The position numbers and the translations under genes are program-made. Below the pieces are notes generated by a model. The model ran no database searches. It saw only the letters and a program-made list of their open reading frames with translations, and was not told the DNA's origin. Of a DNA stretch of 64,000 nucleotides, positions 41,230-61,033 are shown piece after piece; within the stretch, counting starts at the first letter, position 1, and every line of letters starts with the position of its first letter. The DNA is from Octopus vulgaris (taxonomy: Eukaryota): contig OX597817.1 of assembly GCA_951406725.2 (NCBI GenBank), forward strand, positions 46,500,001 to 46,564,000, written 5' to 3'.

Positions 41230-41560
41230 AAGAGCCACGCTTTGTCAGTTACGACGAATGATCCAGTTGATTCGATTCGATCAGCGGAACAGCCTGCTCA
41301 TGAAATTAATGTGTAAATTGCTGAACACACCACGGACACGTGTACCTTTGACGTAGTTCTCGGGGAGATTCAGCGTCATACAGAATATGACAAGTCTGGC
41401 CCTTTCAAATTCAGGTACACTCATTTTTGCCAGCCGAGTGAACTGGAACAGCAAGGCATAAAGTTTCTTGCTCAAGGACAGAGCGCACCGCTGGAAATCG
41501 AACTCACAACCTTACGATCGTGAACCGCATGTTCTAATCACTAAGCCACGCACCCTCACA
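41230..41560 (-). mobile_element. SINE C/D type
   Basis: Minus head GTGAGGGTGCGTGGCTTAGTGATTAG..GAGTTCGATTTCC. Confidence 0.82.
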
Positions 41561-41645
41561 AAAATTACGTAATAAAATTCGGCGTATGAGAGATTTGGTT
41601 AAATTTTTTTTGACAATCTTTAGTGAGCTAGGTAAGCTGATGTAA

Positions 41646-41670
41646 TCTGTGTATATGTATAAAGGGCAGG

Positions 41671-41718
<48 letters not shown>

Positions 41719-42134
41719 AATTGATGCACGTCCACAAATTAACACACATGTCGCTCCAATTTTAGGAGGACGTTCGTCATGATCCTAGCTGTATTTTCGT
41801 CAACTTATTTTTCCCAGAGGCAGCAGCGAATAGCAGTAAAAATAAAATTTCAACCAAAAGTTTTAACAATTTTCAGGTCGGAGAAATCACCATTGTTTGC
41901 AAACAGGAGTTAAGTCTCCATCTAGTGACGAGTAAGTTTTTGTTAAGACTTTTGTTGTTTTTTTCCATCGAGGAAAAAAGTGTTTTGTTGATATAAGGGC
42001 AACACACACACAAACACACACACACATACACACAAACACACACACACACACAAACACGCACACGAACATGTATGCGTACGAAAAACATGTATGCAATAGG
42101 TGTACGTACTTACGAACGTGTGTGTATGTGTGTT

Positions 42135-42170
<36 letters not shown>

Positions 42171-42290
42171 CAACTTCAACGGATTTCGCCCAGATTTGAG
42201 GTCGATGTTACTTAGTTTGCTTTGAAATAATGAACTTGATTAGATTAATAATCCTAACTTAATCCCGAGAAAGCCGGGTTATACTGCTAG
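41646..42290 (+). mobile_element. Non-autonomous Helitron
   Basis: A|TC 5' end followed by (TG)n; 3' hairpin CCCG-AGAAAGC-CGGG (42264-42278) 8 nt before CTAG|T. Confidence 0.7.
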
Positions 42291-42569
42291 TGCAGAATAA
42301 ATTGTTCTTGCCGAATACATAACAAAATGTCTGCGGAAACATGTAAGTCACAAACATCATGCTCCCTAAACCTTGATCTGGGGCCATTTTCATTTTACAA
42401 AATATTTGTGTAGAAAAAGTTTATATGATTCTAAGAAGAGACTAACAAAGGTGAGCAGCGCTTAATCTCCCTCAGGTTGATATATGGTTTCAATACTCGC
42501 TTCCATCTATTTCTGTTCATGTGTGTGGCTGATAATCCTCTCTGATATACGGACAATGTTTGAAAGTTT

Positions 42570-43060
42570 GTGGGACTGAGGCTAGTAGATTGTATCGACC
42601 TCAGTATTCAACTGGTACTTGTTTTATCAACCCCACAAAGATGAAAGGTAGAATATGATTGCAGACTGAGAAACACTGCGAAACATTTTCTCCGTTGTGC
42701 TAACGGTTCTGCCAGATCACCGCCTTAATATGTGTGAGTTAGCACGGCGGGTGAAATGTTTAGAGGTATTTCATCTGCCGCTACGTTCTGAGTTCAAATT
42801 CCGCCGAGGTCAACTTTGCCTTTCATCCTTTCGGGGTCGATTAAATAAGTACCAGTTACACACTGGGTCGATATGATCGACTTAATCCGTTTGTCTGTCC
42901 TTGTTTGTCCTCTCTGTGTTTAGCCCCTTGTGGGTAGTAAAGAAATAGGTATTTCGTCTGTCTTTCCGTTCTGAGTTCAAATTCTTGAGATTTGTTGGGA
43001 CCCCAGTACTTGACTGGTACTTAATTTACTGACTCCGAAAGGATGAAAGGCAAAGTTGGG
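42570..43060. mobile_element. Cluster of SINE A copies in opposite orientations
   Basis: Family A motifs on both strands. Confidence 0.82.
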
Positions 43061-43544
43061 ATTTTTACCCTTTGAACCACAATCCTACTATTATGATTGT
43101 AGCACTCTGGTCTTTGGGCCACCAGCTCTGAGAATCGAAATCATTATCTTACAATCATGAATGTAACACTGTAACTGCTGGGGCACACGACTTCACCAAT
43201 GAAGCAGCCGGAGTATAGCGAATTATAATGAAGTAATAGGAGATAAATATTTTTGATATTATATTCCTAATTAAATGAAATGACAAGTATTAATTTGTTG
43301 AACGGAGATTCATTAACCACTTGTGTCTAATCACTCTCACGTATCTAATCCAGTAATCCGGTCATATTAAGGCGATGGTGCTTACTCAATATATTCATCA
43401 CATTCTACATCGAAATCCGCTTTACGTTAACAAGATAATAGTAAAAGGAATTGAGGGCTTAATAATATTTATCTAACGAAGTTCACAATTTGGAGGAGTC
43501 GAGTACAGTGACGAGCAATGTTTAATTAACTCCTCCTGACAGTG

Positions 43545-43970
43545 CGTGGTTTAGTCATCAGGATATTCAGGCTCACGATTGTATGGTCCTGATTTCGAGT
43601 CCCGGCAGCGCACTATGTACTTGAGCCAGACATTTTATCATCAAATACACACACACGCATATATATATATACTACAATACCCTCATATATATATAAGTCC
43701 GGGCAAGGTTGTTCATGGAAGACCAGCAATCGTCCATGCATACCAGCTTCCCCTCTCCTGGCCAGCGATGTTGTCCAAGGGTAAGACAAATTGCGATACA
43801 GCTTGGCACCTGTGACGTCGCAACTCATTTCTACAGCCGAATGAACTGGAGCAACGTGAAATAAAGGGTGTTGCTCAAGAGCAGAGCACACAGCCCTGTT
43901 CGGGGAATCGAACTCACTACATTATGATTGTGAGCTCGACGCTCTAACCACTGAGCCACGCGTCTTCACT
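43545..43970. mobile_element. SINE C/D pieces (43545-43640 +; 43695-43970 -)
   Basis: Matches 27630-27968. Confidence 0.8.
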
Positions 43971-44949
43971 CTAGTGTGCAACAGTTATGTTGTTAGTCAC
44001 TTCAGGCCTGTAAACGTACGTGGTTTAGTGACTGTGCAAATAGGCTCCCGGAATAACGTCATGGGTTCGACTCACAGTGTGGGTAATGTTTTTAGGTGAA
44101 TCATATTCGTGAACATCGCTCCGGTTCACTCAAGTGGATACAGTCAGAATCAAAACTGACAGAGTTGCCGGTCAGTGTCAAGCTGACGTGGCGGCAATGA
44201 CGAGTCAGAGTTACAGCCCAAACCCTTCGAACATGAAGAAGGATACTCCCACCAGAGTACAGCTGGATCCTACCTTTATTTTGTACTGTTTCAGTTTTGA
44301 GGTCATTATACAGCAACGGAAGAAGAAAATAGTAAACTTGAGTGCAAGTGGACAAAATAGATTATCGATTCCACGGAGTATTTATCAATCAGTGGTTATT
44401 GAGATTCGATCAATGGTGTCTTTTTGTGCGGCATTGTTGGCAAACGCTATCACTGCCAAAACCATTATCTTCTCCTTCGTTGCAGTTGTCACCACCGACA
44501 TGACCACCACTCCAACATCTTCATCATCATCATCATCGTCAATGTATTCGTGATCTTTAACAATCGTCACAAAGATACCGTTTAGGAGTTTTCTTTTCGT
44601 TTTTAAATCTCGGATGATGGCAAACATCATCTTCGCATCATTCTAGAAATCACCACAGGATTCTGTGTCCAGACAAAGGTACATCAATAAAAAATAAAAA
44701 AACAAATCTAAACGCTTTGCACGAAGCATCACTAATTTTCACAGTTAAAACTCTTTATATCTCTCGATGTAATGTTTCCATTTTGTTAGTTAGGATGTAG
44801 AACCGCAGCGAAACAAATGAAGGAACAATTCACGAGATGAAGTTACAAGAGATGAGGCATAAAAGAATCTAAAACACAGCCTTCAGTGATATGACCGCAC
44901 TAGTTAAAACAAATGTTAGTATGTATCCCATCTAATAAATACAAATAAT

Positions 44950-45270
44950 GTTAGCACCGGGACAACAATTTCTGGGGAAGAGTAAGTCGATTTCGAATCC
45001 GAAAAGATGAAACGCAAAGTCGACCTCTGTGGACATTTGAACTCCGAACGTAAATACAGGTGAAAGGCCGCTAAGCATTTTCCCCCCGCGTGCTAACGCT
45101 TCTAAAGACTCGCCGCCTTAATCTATTAATAACTATAGGTTTCAAATTTTGGCACAAGGCCAGCAATTTCGGAGGTGGGGTTAAATCGATAACATCGACC
45201 CTAGTACACCACTGATTCTTATTTTATCAATTCCCCGCCCCCGAAAGGTTGAACGGGAAATTCAACCTCG
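44950..45270 (-). mobile_element. Two decayed SINE A copies
   Basis: Reverse-complement family A motifs. Confidence 0.78.
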
Positions 45271-45301
45271 GCTACAATACATATATGTATGTTTATATAT
45301 G

Positions 45302-45371
<70 letters not shown>

Positions 45372-45444
45372 GGAGTTAACGCTGCCCTGGTAACTATTTA
45401 TTTATTTTTCCGTGTTAATTGTTAACAAGGTAAAAAATACACTC

Positions 45445-45497
<53 letters not shown>

Positions 45498-45500
45498 TGT

Positions 45501-46040
45501 ATATTAAAATAAGAGCAGGAAAATTACATTAAAAAATCATCACTGAAGCTATACCTCCAAAATAATATTGTATTAATGAATAGATTTACAAATACATAAA
45601 GTATGATTATTTAAAAAGTTTAAAAGTTAAAAATATCTTACGAGCGTTTCATAAATGTATTTCTCTTCGAAATGGAATCTAAAATTGATCATCATTATTA
45701 GGTAATACATCCAATCGTCAGAGAGAAAGAGGGGGAATTTCCACGTAGTCAATCAAATGCTATTTAAGAATATATGAAAAAGTTGTTGTTTAAAGATGTT
45801 GTTTAAAAAAGTTACTGGCGTAGATATTTATACATCTATCCATTAATACTATATTATTTTGGACGTATATCTTCAGTGATGATTTTTTGATGAAATTTTC
45901 CTGCTCATATCTTATAATATAATACATAATCGATCTTACTATATGTCTAAGTACCTTTAGTGTTTTAGACATTTACCTACCATGAGCACTTATTAGAAAT
46001 TCAATATATTGTATTCTCACTGAATATATCTCATTAATGA
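45501..46040. mobile_element. (TA)n-flanked element with ~95-bp inverted arms (45501-45594 / 45824-45920)
   Basis: GAGCAGGAAAATT..AAAAAATCATCACTGAAG..TCCAAAATAATAT and its reverse complement. Confidence 0.72.
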
Positions 46041-46077
46041 TATATACATATATATATACATATATATATACATATAT

Positions 46078-51843
<5,766 letters not shown>

Positions 51844-51856
51844 GTGTGTATACAAA

Positions 51857-53086
51857 CAGGGGTTGGACAAAATAATGGAAACACCTTAAAATTTCAACCA
51901 AATCTATTTTGATATGGGGCAGAACCGTCTTTGGGAGTAATTACAGCTTGAATTCTACGAGGTATGGACTCGTACAAAGTTTCAATTGTTTCCAAAGAAA
52001 TTTTTGTCCGTTCTTCGGCTAAAACAGTCTCCTGTTCTTGTAGTGATAATGGTAGTGGACATCTACTCCTTACTTGCTTTTTTAAAATGCACCATAAATG
52101 TTCAATAATATTGTGATCTGGGGACTGTGGTAGCCAGATAAGATGTTCAACTTCACTAGAATATTTCCCGTGTCATCCAGTAACAATTTTAGCTTTGTGA
52201 ATTGGTGCATTATCTTCCTGAAAGATTACATTTCCCTTTGGAAACAGTACCGCAACCATAGGATGCATTTCATCAGATAAAATGGTTAAAAAGTATTCAC
52301 TAGTAATTCTGCCACGAAGGGAAACTATTGGGCCGGCGGGTTTCCAAGATATAGCACCCCAGATCATCACAGAATCTCCTCCATCTTTAACAGTTGGAAG
52401 AAGGCAATCAGGTTCAAATGCTTCTTTTGGCTGTCTCCACACGTATACTTGGCCGGTGGTCGGAAATAAGGTAAATAACATTCTACCACTGCTCTATGGA
52501 GCAATTCTGTAGGTTTTTACTACATTCTAAACGATTTGAAATGTTTGTTTTTGAAAGTGATGATTTTGTGATTGCAGCCCTGCCATAAAATCCAGCTTTG
52601 TGCAGCTTCCAGCAAACAGTTTTTGTGGAAACTGGTTTCTCGAGGTGGTCATTAATTTCTGCACTAACTTTAGGAGCTGTGATTTTGCGATCCTTTCTAA
52701 AAATTGACGGTACCTATCTGAAAGTTTTGGATTTCTTCCAGAGTTTTGTTTCGACGAGGAGGTTTTTCCCGTCTTTCTCAAAGGCTGTCATTACTTTCGA
52801 GACAGTACTTTTCGGTTGGTTTCGCTACGCTAGCGCCTGCCATACGAGCACCAACAAATCGACCTCTTTGAAAGTTCGATAGATCTGTCATTTTAATGAT
52901 TTTTAATTACCTTTTTTCTGATGATATATAAAAAGAAACAGCAATTTTAGCCAAACATATTATGCAACACCAATAATAATTTAAAGAAAAAAAGGCATAA
53001 AAATATACAAGCATTTGAAGGTTTTATTGGTATTTCAATGTTATGATGCTATGATGCTAGGTGTTTCCATTATTTTCTCCAACCCC

Positions 53087-53088
<2 letters not shown>
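51857..53088 (-). mobile_element. Tc1-family transposon with pseudogenised transposase
   Basis: TIRs CAGGGGTTGGA(C/G)AAAATAATGGAAACACCT; VWRQPKE..PTVKDGGDSVMIWGAI, FQEDNAPIH, WLPQSPDHNIIEHLW. Confidence 0.93.
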
Positions 53089-53129
<41 letters not shown>

Positions 53130-53130
53130 G

Positions 53131-53192
<62 letters not shown>

Positions 53193-53266
53193 GTATATAT
53201 GTATGTATGTATGTATGTATATATACCTATATACCTATATATCTATATATATGTTTATATATTATA

Positions 53267-53304
<38 letters not shown>

Positions 53305-53339
53305 TACAAATATATATGTGTATATATGTATATATATGT

Positions 53340-53570
53340 AGGATGCACCCAGCCAGTTTTCTGAACTTTGTCGCTATCCTGGTAATGTGCACTTGGAAAG
53401 AGGTATCCTCACTCATGTCGATACCTAGGTCCCTCACTAACTTAGGCTCTGGAATTGTAATCCCCTCTGGACCAGTATACCCTGTAAGTTTTATATTCAG
53501 TTTTGGACGCTGGTAGCGCAGAACGTTGGATTTTTCAGCACTAAACTGTATATTATTATCCTCAGCCCAT
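53340..53570 (-). pseudogene. CR1/L2-group LINE fragment (region after RT)
   Basis: Minus strand [34 protein letters not shown], homologous to VKDLGIHM..ARKYSGWIL. Confidence 0.8.
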
Positions 53571-53714
53571 ACATATATATATATAGAGGGAGAGGAGAGA
53601 ATTCACAAAAAACAAAAGACGGAGACAGGTGTTGTAGACATGCGTGTGCATATACGTATATATTTATGTATATATACATATGTGTATATATATATTTATT
53701 TATATATATATATG

Positions 53715-53768
<54 letters not shown>

Positions 53769-54473
53769 TATATACACATACACATGCGTATGTACATTTG
53801 TATATGTAATTAAATGCGGTTTCGTCCAACTGTACATGTGCTTTGAACAAAAACTTCTGTTATGCTAGCTAGAAGCTCGTAAACTTTACTTCATTGGGAA
53901 AATGTTTAATGCATGGTAGATTATATATCATATATTTAAGGCGTGTATTGACACAGTCCTTTTCAATAGTAGCGAAAACACCGTTGCAGATAAAATAAAC
54001 GCTGGAGATTTCTCTCTTTAAATGATGTTCGCCTGAAATTCTTCATCAATGAAGAATAAATAATGAACAGTTAATTTCTAGAATGCAATCTTTCTCAGCT
54101 GACAAGAATTTGCGTTGACAAAAAGAATCCTTCTTATAGGACACGTTTGGGAAAGGCCGTTAAACATTCTAATAAATCTAGAATAATCAAACTGTCTATC
54201 TATTGCCAAGTACGTATAGTTCAGAAATTAACAGTGATCAAGCTCAATAAATTATTAGGGCTAATTAAGCTGGTGAGCTTGCCACGGATAGCGGTTGATA
54301 CTAATACAAGGACGTGACACTGGCCGGAATGATCAGCGTTGTGCGGACATTTATTACTGTCTTCAGTGTTCTTATTGGAAATCCTGAGAATGTTGTAATA
54401 GTTGTTGTAGTGGTAGTGGTATTAGTAAATCGTAAAAAGTAGTAGTGAGGGTGGTCGAAGAAGTAGACTCATG

Positions 54474-54877
54474 TGGGGAAGGAGGGAAAAGAAATGCAGA
54501 AGAAAGAGGAAGAGGATAAGGAAGAAGAGGAGAATGAGAAATGGAGAAGGAGGAGGAGAAGAAGAAGAAGAAGAAGAAGAAGAAGAAGAAGAAGAGACGA
54601 AGAAGAAGAAGAGGAAGAAGAAGAAGGAAAAGGAGAAGAAGGAAAAGGAGGAGGAGAAAAAGAAGAAGAAGAAGAAGAAGAAGAAACGAAGAAGAAGATA
54701 AGGAAGAAAAAGGAGAAGAAAAGAATAAGAAGAAAGAGAAGAGGAAGGAGAAAAAGAAGAGGAAGTACAGGAGAAGATGATGAAGAAGAAGAAGAAGGAG
54801 AAGGAGAAGAAGGAGGAGAAGAAGAAGAAGAAAGAGAAGAAGAAGAAGAAGAAGAAGAAGAAGAAGAGAAAGAAGAA
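54474..54877. repeat. Purine-rich (GAA)/(GGA) tract
   Basis: About 400 bp almost entirely A/G. Confidence 0.95.
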
Positions 54878-55145
54878 TTTAAATAAACAGATGATGTAGT
54901 TGGTAATATACTGCACAACAATCGTTGTGACCCATCCTGCTACTGTCCCTTATGGGATTCTATGCATCATGTTGTGTTGCATCATGCTGTTTTGCATCCA
55001 TTTTGCAGTGTGGTATGTATGTATGTATGTACGTATGTTTGTATGTATGTATGTATATGTGTATGTATGTGTCTACCTGCGTGAACATGTATGAAGCAAT
55101 TTATGTAGTTTCCTGGTTACAAAATCAGGGATTGTATGACACTGT

Positions 55146-55197
55146 ACCCACCACTGAGAAGACTCAATGCAGATCGAAACCACTTGGTCTGGTGGGT
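55146..55197 (+). ncRNA. Type-I hammerhead motif with altered core (CUGAGAA), GUC site
   Basis: ACCCACCA-CTGAGAA-GACTC AATGCA GATC-GAAA-CCACTTG-GTC-TGGTGGGT; perfect 8-bp stem I. Confidence 0.7.
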
Positions 55198-56044
55198 CTG
55201 GAGCTAGGCTGGCAGGAGTTATCGGCTGCTTGCAATAAATATCGAGTGAGAGAATCGCATTGAGTAAACCAGCTGGAGGAGATGCCTTCCTGGGATTAAA
55301 ACGGCAGAATCGTCGTCTCTTAGAGGACAGCCATATTAAATAGACCATAAACAATGCCTTTTCGATGGTGTGCTGCTTCTACCATGAACAGAGGTTTTCT
55401 AACGGACTAGTATCATAATTTAATAATCTACAATTGCTTAAATTCACAAATTCAAATTGCAGTCTAGCTTATTAACAGCCAAGTAAATGTAAATTGTAAA
55501 TCTGCTGAGAATATTCTGGAAGAAAGTGTCAAAATAAATTGTAGTTTATGCTCAGTTCATGCAGCCTAGCTATGCCGCTGGATCGTACTGATATTTATTA
55601 TTCATTTAATTTTCTCAGTGAAAATTCAAGAAAATACCTGAACTGATATTCCTGATAAACAGACAGACTAGAAAATTACTAATTATTAGTTTTCGTCACA
55701 GAGAACATATTTGCGCCACGCCAAAAATTTCGTCAAGCCAAAAACCGTTGTTTTCTTTTTAATTTGATGGTGTGCGTAGACACGTATTTGTGTATTATGC
55801 TTGTTTTTGTGAGTAACTGTGAAAATGAATTCGTTATTAGAGAGGGATGCAGTATTTGCTTAAAATAGCAGCGCTACTGCTGGACACTTTTAGTTTGCTA
55901 CTGATGTACTGCTGTGCATTTTAGTATTATAATTGCATACGAGATTCTGTCCCGAGACCGGTTTGGTGACTTTCTACAGTATATCCACGTTCAGTGAGAT
56001 ATACAAAATGCAACTGATTTTAAAATTTCTTTCTGTATGTATAT

Positions 56045-56204
56045 GTAGGAGTGGCTGTGTGCTAAGTAGCTTGCTTACCAACCACATGGTCCCGGGCTCA
56101 GCCCCACTGCGTGGCACCTTGGGCAAGTGTCTTCTACTATAGCCTCGAGCCCACCAAAGCTTTGTGAGTGGATTTGGTAGACGGAAACTGAAAGAGGCCC
56201 GTCG

Positions 56205-56291
<87 letters not shown>

Positions 56292-56315
56292 CTGTGTTTG
56301 TCCCCCCAACATCGC
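56045..56315 (+). mobile_element. SINE family B, 5' part
   Basis: Family B head. Confidence 0.88.
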
Positions 56316-56420
56316 TTACTTAGGAGTAAAGGTGTTGCAACTGTTTTATTCCGTTTTATTTTACATGTACTGTGTTTCTACCAGTACGTTTAAGACACAA
56401 GATGCGATTAGGGTGATTAG

Positions 56421-56466
<46 letters not shown>

Positions 56467-57429
56467 GTATTTTCTGTAAAGCTATACATATGCACAGATT
56501 TGCGAGGGTGCGTGGCTATGTAGTTAGATTTATGTTTCTGTGCATCTCTCATGATGCATATATTCAAGTGTCACTAATACCCTTTTCCTCTATTCGGCTA
56601 TTTGCGTGCTGCAAATGTGTCTCTCTGAAAATTAATAAATTTCTACGCATATATTTGTGTGTAACGATCGCCTTAATCTTCATTACCGTCTTTCGTTAGC
56701 AAAAACCGAGAATAGAAAACCCGGAACTGAATATTTAATCAGCAAATGAACACGATTATGATATTATAGTGTGAAAATGTGAGATTGCTTTTTACCGTTG
56801 AAGGTAGAACTAGACAGCGATTATTTCTGTTTAAGTTACCAATTGTCAGAGCAGATAAAACCATACAGAGCGGGTGTGGCAAGAAATGGAAAAAAAATTA
56901 ATCGAGTAATTACATGTTTGTTTCAGAGGCTGGCGTGTATTTTTAGGAGTTACCATGCCTAAATCGAATCATTTCGTATGGATGAAAAAAGAGTCGAAAT
57001 CTTTCGCCTAAAGGGGAATATTTCAACAGTTATATTACCAACACGGAACGCCTATTTCCTCTCTGGGCAAGTGATCATATTAAAGTGCCAACAGCTTGGA
57101 ATATGAAAGTAAGCATTGGTTCAATATAATTAAACGTTATCAGCTCAGCTCTGACGTTTTCATGATAACACCTTATGATAAAGATATTTTCAAGTAACCT
57201 CTCCAGAGTGATGCAGGAATTTCACGTACAACATTGCGCACATGCAATTCTATAACGTCGTATATCAGTATTTCCATTACGAGATGCTTTGAAAGTGTGT
57301 GACACTCTCTCATCAACCGAGATGCGCTGTGAAATCGAGGTGTTTTGTGAAATAGTCCCCGGTTTATGATTGAACATGACTTCTGTAAATATATGTTTAA
57401 ATCACTCTTTCTACTATTGACACAAAGAC

Positions 57430-57890
57430 TGAAATCTTTGAGGGGAGGGGGCCATTGGATTACATCGATCCCGTTGCTCAACTGGTACTTATTTCATCGA
57501 TCTCTAAAGGATGACAAGGAAAGCGACCTAGGCGGGATTTGAACTCAGGGCGTGGAGACACATGAAATGCAGCTAAGCATTTTATCCTGCATGCTAACTA
57601 TTCTGCCAGCTCACCGCCTTAATACAGGTATACTTTTATCACCTCTGCTTCATCCAGCATCTTTCTCCTGGTTATTTCATGATGTTAAACCATTAATCCC
57701 AAAACATATTTTTTTCTATCCACTCTTCCTTTCTCTCTACATTTTTTCCCTCTCTCATCCATTTCTGCCGAAGAGCGTAGACTTGATAGGTCAAAGACTT
57801 TTCCATTCTTCTCGAGCGTCAAACTAGTACACCTGCACACGCGCTTGTTATTCTCTTACCTGTCTTTGGCTTTTGTTTTCCGTAAATCTG

Positions 57891-57931
<41 letters not shown>

Positions 57932-58194
57932 CTTTTTACTCTTTTACTTATTTTTTTCAGTCATTTGACCCCAGGACTTATTCTTTGTAAGCCTAGTACT
58001 TATTCTATCGGTCTCTTTTGCCGAACCGCTAAGTTACGGAGACGTAAACTCACCAGCATCAGTTGTCAAGCGATGTTGAGGGACAAACACAGATACACAA
58101 ACATATACACACACATACACACATATATATATACATATATACGACGGGCTTCTTTCATTTTCCATAAGTTACTTACCATACAGCCACTCCTGCG

Positions 58195-58197
<3 letters not shown>
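57430..58197 (-). mobile_element. SINE A (57430-57620) and SINE B (57935-58197) flanking an HHR-like element remnant (57700-57895, +)
   Basis: Family motifs; remnant TTTCTGCCGAAGAGCGTAG..GTCAAAGACT matches the 29598 family. Confidence 0.75.
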
Positions 58198-58284
<87 letters not shown>

Positions 58285-58318
58285 TACATATATATATATA
58301 TATACATATATATATGTA

Positions 58319-58417
<99 letters not shown>

Positions 58418-58428
58418 CCACTCCTGCG

Positions 58429-58474
<46 letters not shown>

Positions 58475-59287
58475 AATCTTAAATTTTGGCCGCAAACCTA
58501 GCACTTTGACATATACTTATCGACCGGAGTTGCAACTTAAAGCGTAAAGACGGACGAAAAATGCCGCATGCTAACAATTTTACCAGCTCGCTCTCTCTAC
58601 AAATATTTAAGTAACAGAATAAGAAACAGATTGAATGAGCAATTAAACATATTTTGCATATTTAGTTTGTAGAAATAATATTGTCTGGTTTAAGTTACAA
58701 CGTTTATTCTACCTTATTAGTTACACAAATCTAGTCCGGTGATTAAATATTTAACTTAATATATGGATCCATGATATAAACTATATTACCTTCAATACCG
58801 CGAGTTTGATCATATATGTTGTAATAAATCGTTTGAGTTGGTCAGAGATATAGTGGTACAGTTGGTTAGGTACATTTTAATGGAGTATTTAATTGTTGTC
58901 CACCACATCTCACATTTAGTGATATTTATTGCTATACATCATACATCTTTCGGTTTAATGTAATAATATAGACTCATATCTGGTGATATAACTTCACAAG
59001 TACTGCTGTACAGATAAGAGCAGATAAAATGGGGAATTATCTTATATTTAGTGATATATTTCATGATTAAGCACAAATTTTGAAAGATAGCCTCGTGCTA
59101 TTTATTCATATCCACGCACCCAAAGTTTTTGAAAGGGGAAGGTAAAATTTTAAGAACTTTATCGAAACAAAATGTCTCATCATAGCGGAAGACGAAATAT
59201 TTTAAGCATTTTTGGTTAAAATACTAATAACATAGACTAATTCTTAATGATTAAATATTTTTTGGGTGGGGTGGGGTAAATATTTAT

Positions 59288-60380
59288 GGCGGTGAACTGG
59301 CAGAATCGTTAGCACACCGGGTGAAATTCTTAGCGGTATTTCGTCTGCCGTTACGTTCTGAGTTCACATTCCGCCGAGGTCAACTTTGCCTTTTATCTTT
59401 CGGGGTCGATACATTAATTATCAGTTACGTACTGGGGTCGATGTAATCGACTTAATGCCTTTGTCTGTCCTTCTTTGTCTGTCCTCTATGTTTAGCCCCC
59501 TGTGGCCAATACAGAAATATAAATATTTTGGGGAGTGCGTGCATGCGTTTGTGCGTGTGCGTGTGTAACAACTTTTATTTTATTAGAATTCAGTTTTACC
59601 TGTTGAGAAGAGACCACAAAGTAATTTCGTCAACACACCTTTGGTATATCCCTAAGGCACTTGACTCAACTAAAAATTCAAGGGAAACATCGCGTGATTA
59701 ATTAAATTAATTTTGTACATATATATATTACAAATATATTAATATAGTCGACATCAATTAAACAGAATTATCATATTCACTGTTAGCAATTTTAAAATTT
59801 TAATTAAATGCGAATTAATATATTCCATGAAATTAAATACTTCCTGCACAGCTAACAACAAACTAGTGGCATTTGAGAGCTGTAAACACTCGCCTTTGTT
59901 TCACTGATGGCTGCCTATACAAGAATTTTTACATGTAAGTTCAGACTTTTTACATGTAAGCATATCAGTTTCATATTTTATCATCAAAATACTTAATGTA
60001 ATTAAAGCAGAAAGATTAGCATTCCGTGCAAAATGCTTAACGGCATTTTGTACGTTCTTGAGTTCAAGTTCTGCAAGGTACGACTGCGCCATTCGTACAT
60101 TCGAGGTCGATAAAATAAGTACCAAGTGAATACTGGGGTCGATGAAAGCAATACCTTTCCTTTGTGCCAAAATTTGAAACCAATATTTGAACCAAGCAAG
60201 GAGGCTAGCTAACACAATCGTTAGCGCCGGGAAAATTGTTGAGTTGTATTTCGTCCGTCTTTACGCTCTGACTTAAAATGATGCTGAGGTCGACCCTGCC
60301 CTTCATCCTTTCGGGGTTGATGAAATGATTATCAGATGAATACAGGGCATTATGTAATCGACTTGACTCCTTCTGCGAAA
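59288..60380 (+). mobile_element. Three SINE A copies (59288-59515, about 60000-60185, 60200-60380)
   Basis: Family A motifs. Confidence 0.8.
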
Positions 60381-60422
60381 TTGCATGCCCGGGGGTTTAG
60401 TTCACAGATGATCTAATCGATT

Positions 60423-60472
<50 letters not shown>

Positions 60473-60799
60473 CATTAAGTAGGGTATATAATACCACTTG
60501 CTGAAATCAGAGCCATTGCTCTATAACCCACCATGAAAATTACGATGAAGATACAGACGAGCAGTGCAATGATCATTTTGCATGCATTGGTTCCTGAGCG
60601 GACATGTAGATTTCTTGCGACAGCTGCAATGATTTGCACTACAATTATTTTTGTAGTTATTTGGTGACTTCTTGTTTTTTTGTTTTTATGATATTCCGGT
60701 TGATTAACAGCGTCTGCAGTGTTCTTCGTGTTAATGTGTCTTTTATTGGTTCTCGTTTGAGTTTTTGTAGGGATCCTATTATAAATATCGGGGTCGCTA

Positions 60800-60950
60800 T
60801 CCTTGTTACGTCCCCGGTTCGGCAAAAGAGTCCGATCGAATAAGTACTAGGCTTACAAAGAACGAGTCCTGGGTTCGATTTGTTCGACTAAAGGCAGTGC
60901 TCCAGCATGGCCGCAGTCAAATGACTGAGAGGAATAAAAGAATAAAAGAA
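60800..60950 (+). mobile_element. SINE B 3' part
   Basis: GAATAAGTACTAGGCTTACAAAG..CCAGCATGGCCGCAGTCAAATGACTG. Confidence 0.85.
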
Positions 60951-60976
60951 TATATATATATGCTTTGTACTAAAAT

Positions 60977-61033
<57 letters not shown>

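Noticed and set aside
45635-45675. Minus-strand TCGAAGA..GAAACGCTCGTA
   Set aside because: Core and stems too degenerate
54422-54921. Poly-E/K/R/S/F ORFs
   Set aside because: Stop-free artefact of the purine tract
60475-60825. 116-aa minus-strand ORF with a hydrophobic tail
   Set aside because: Starts inside a SINE; no recognisable family or splice support
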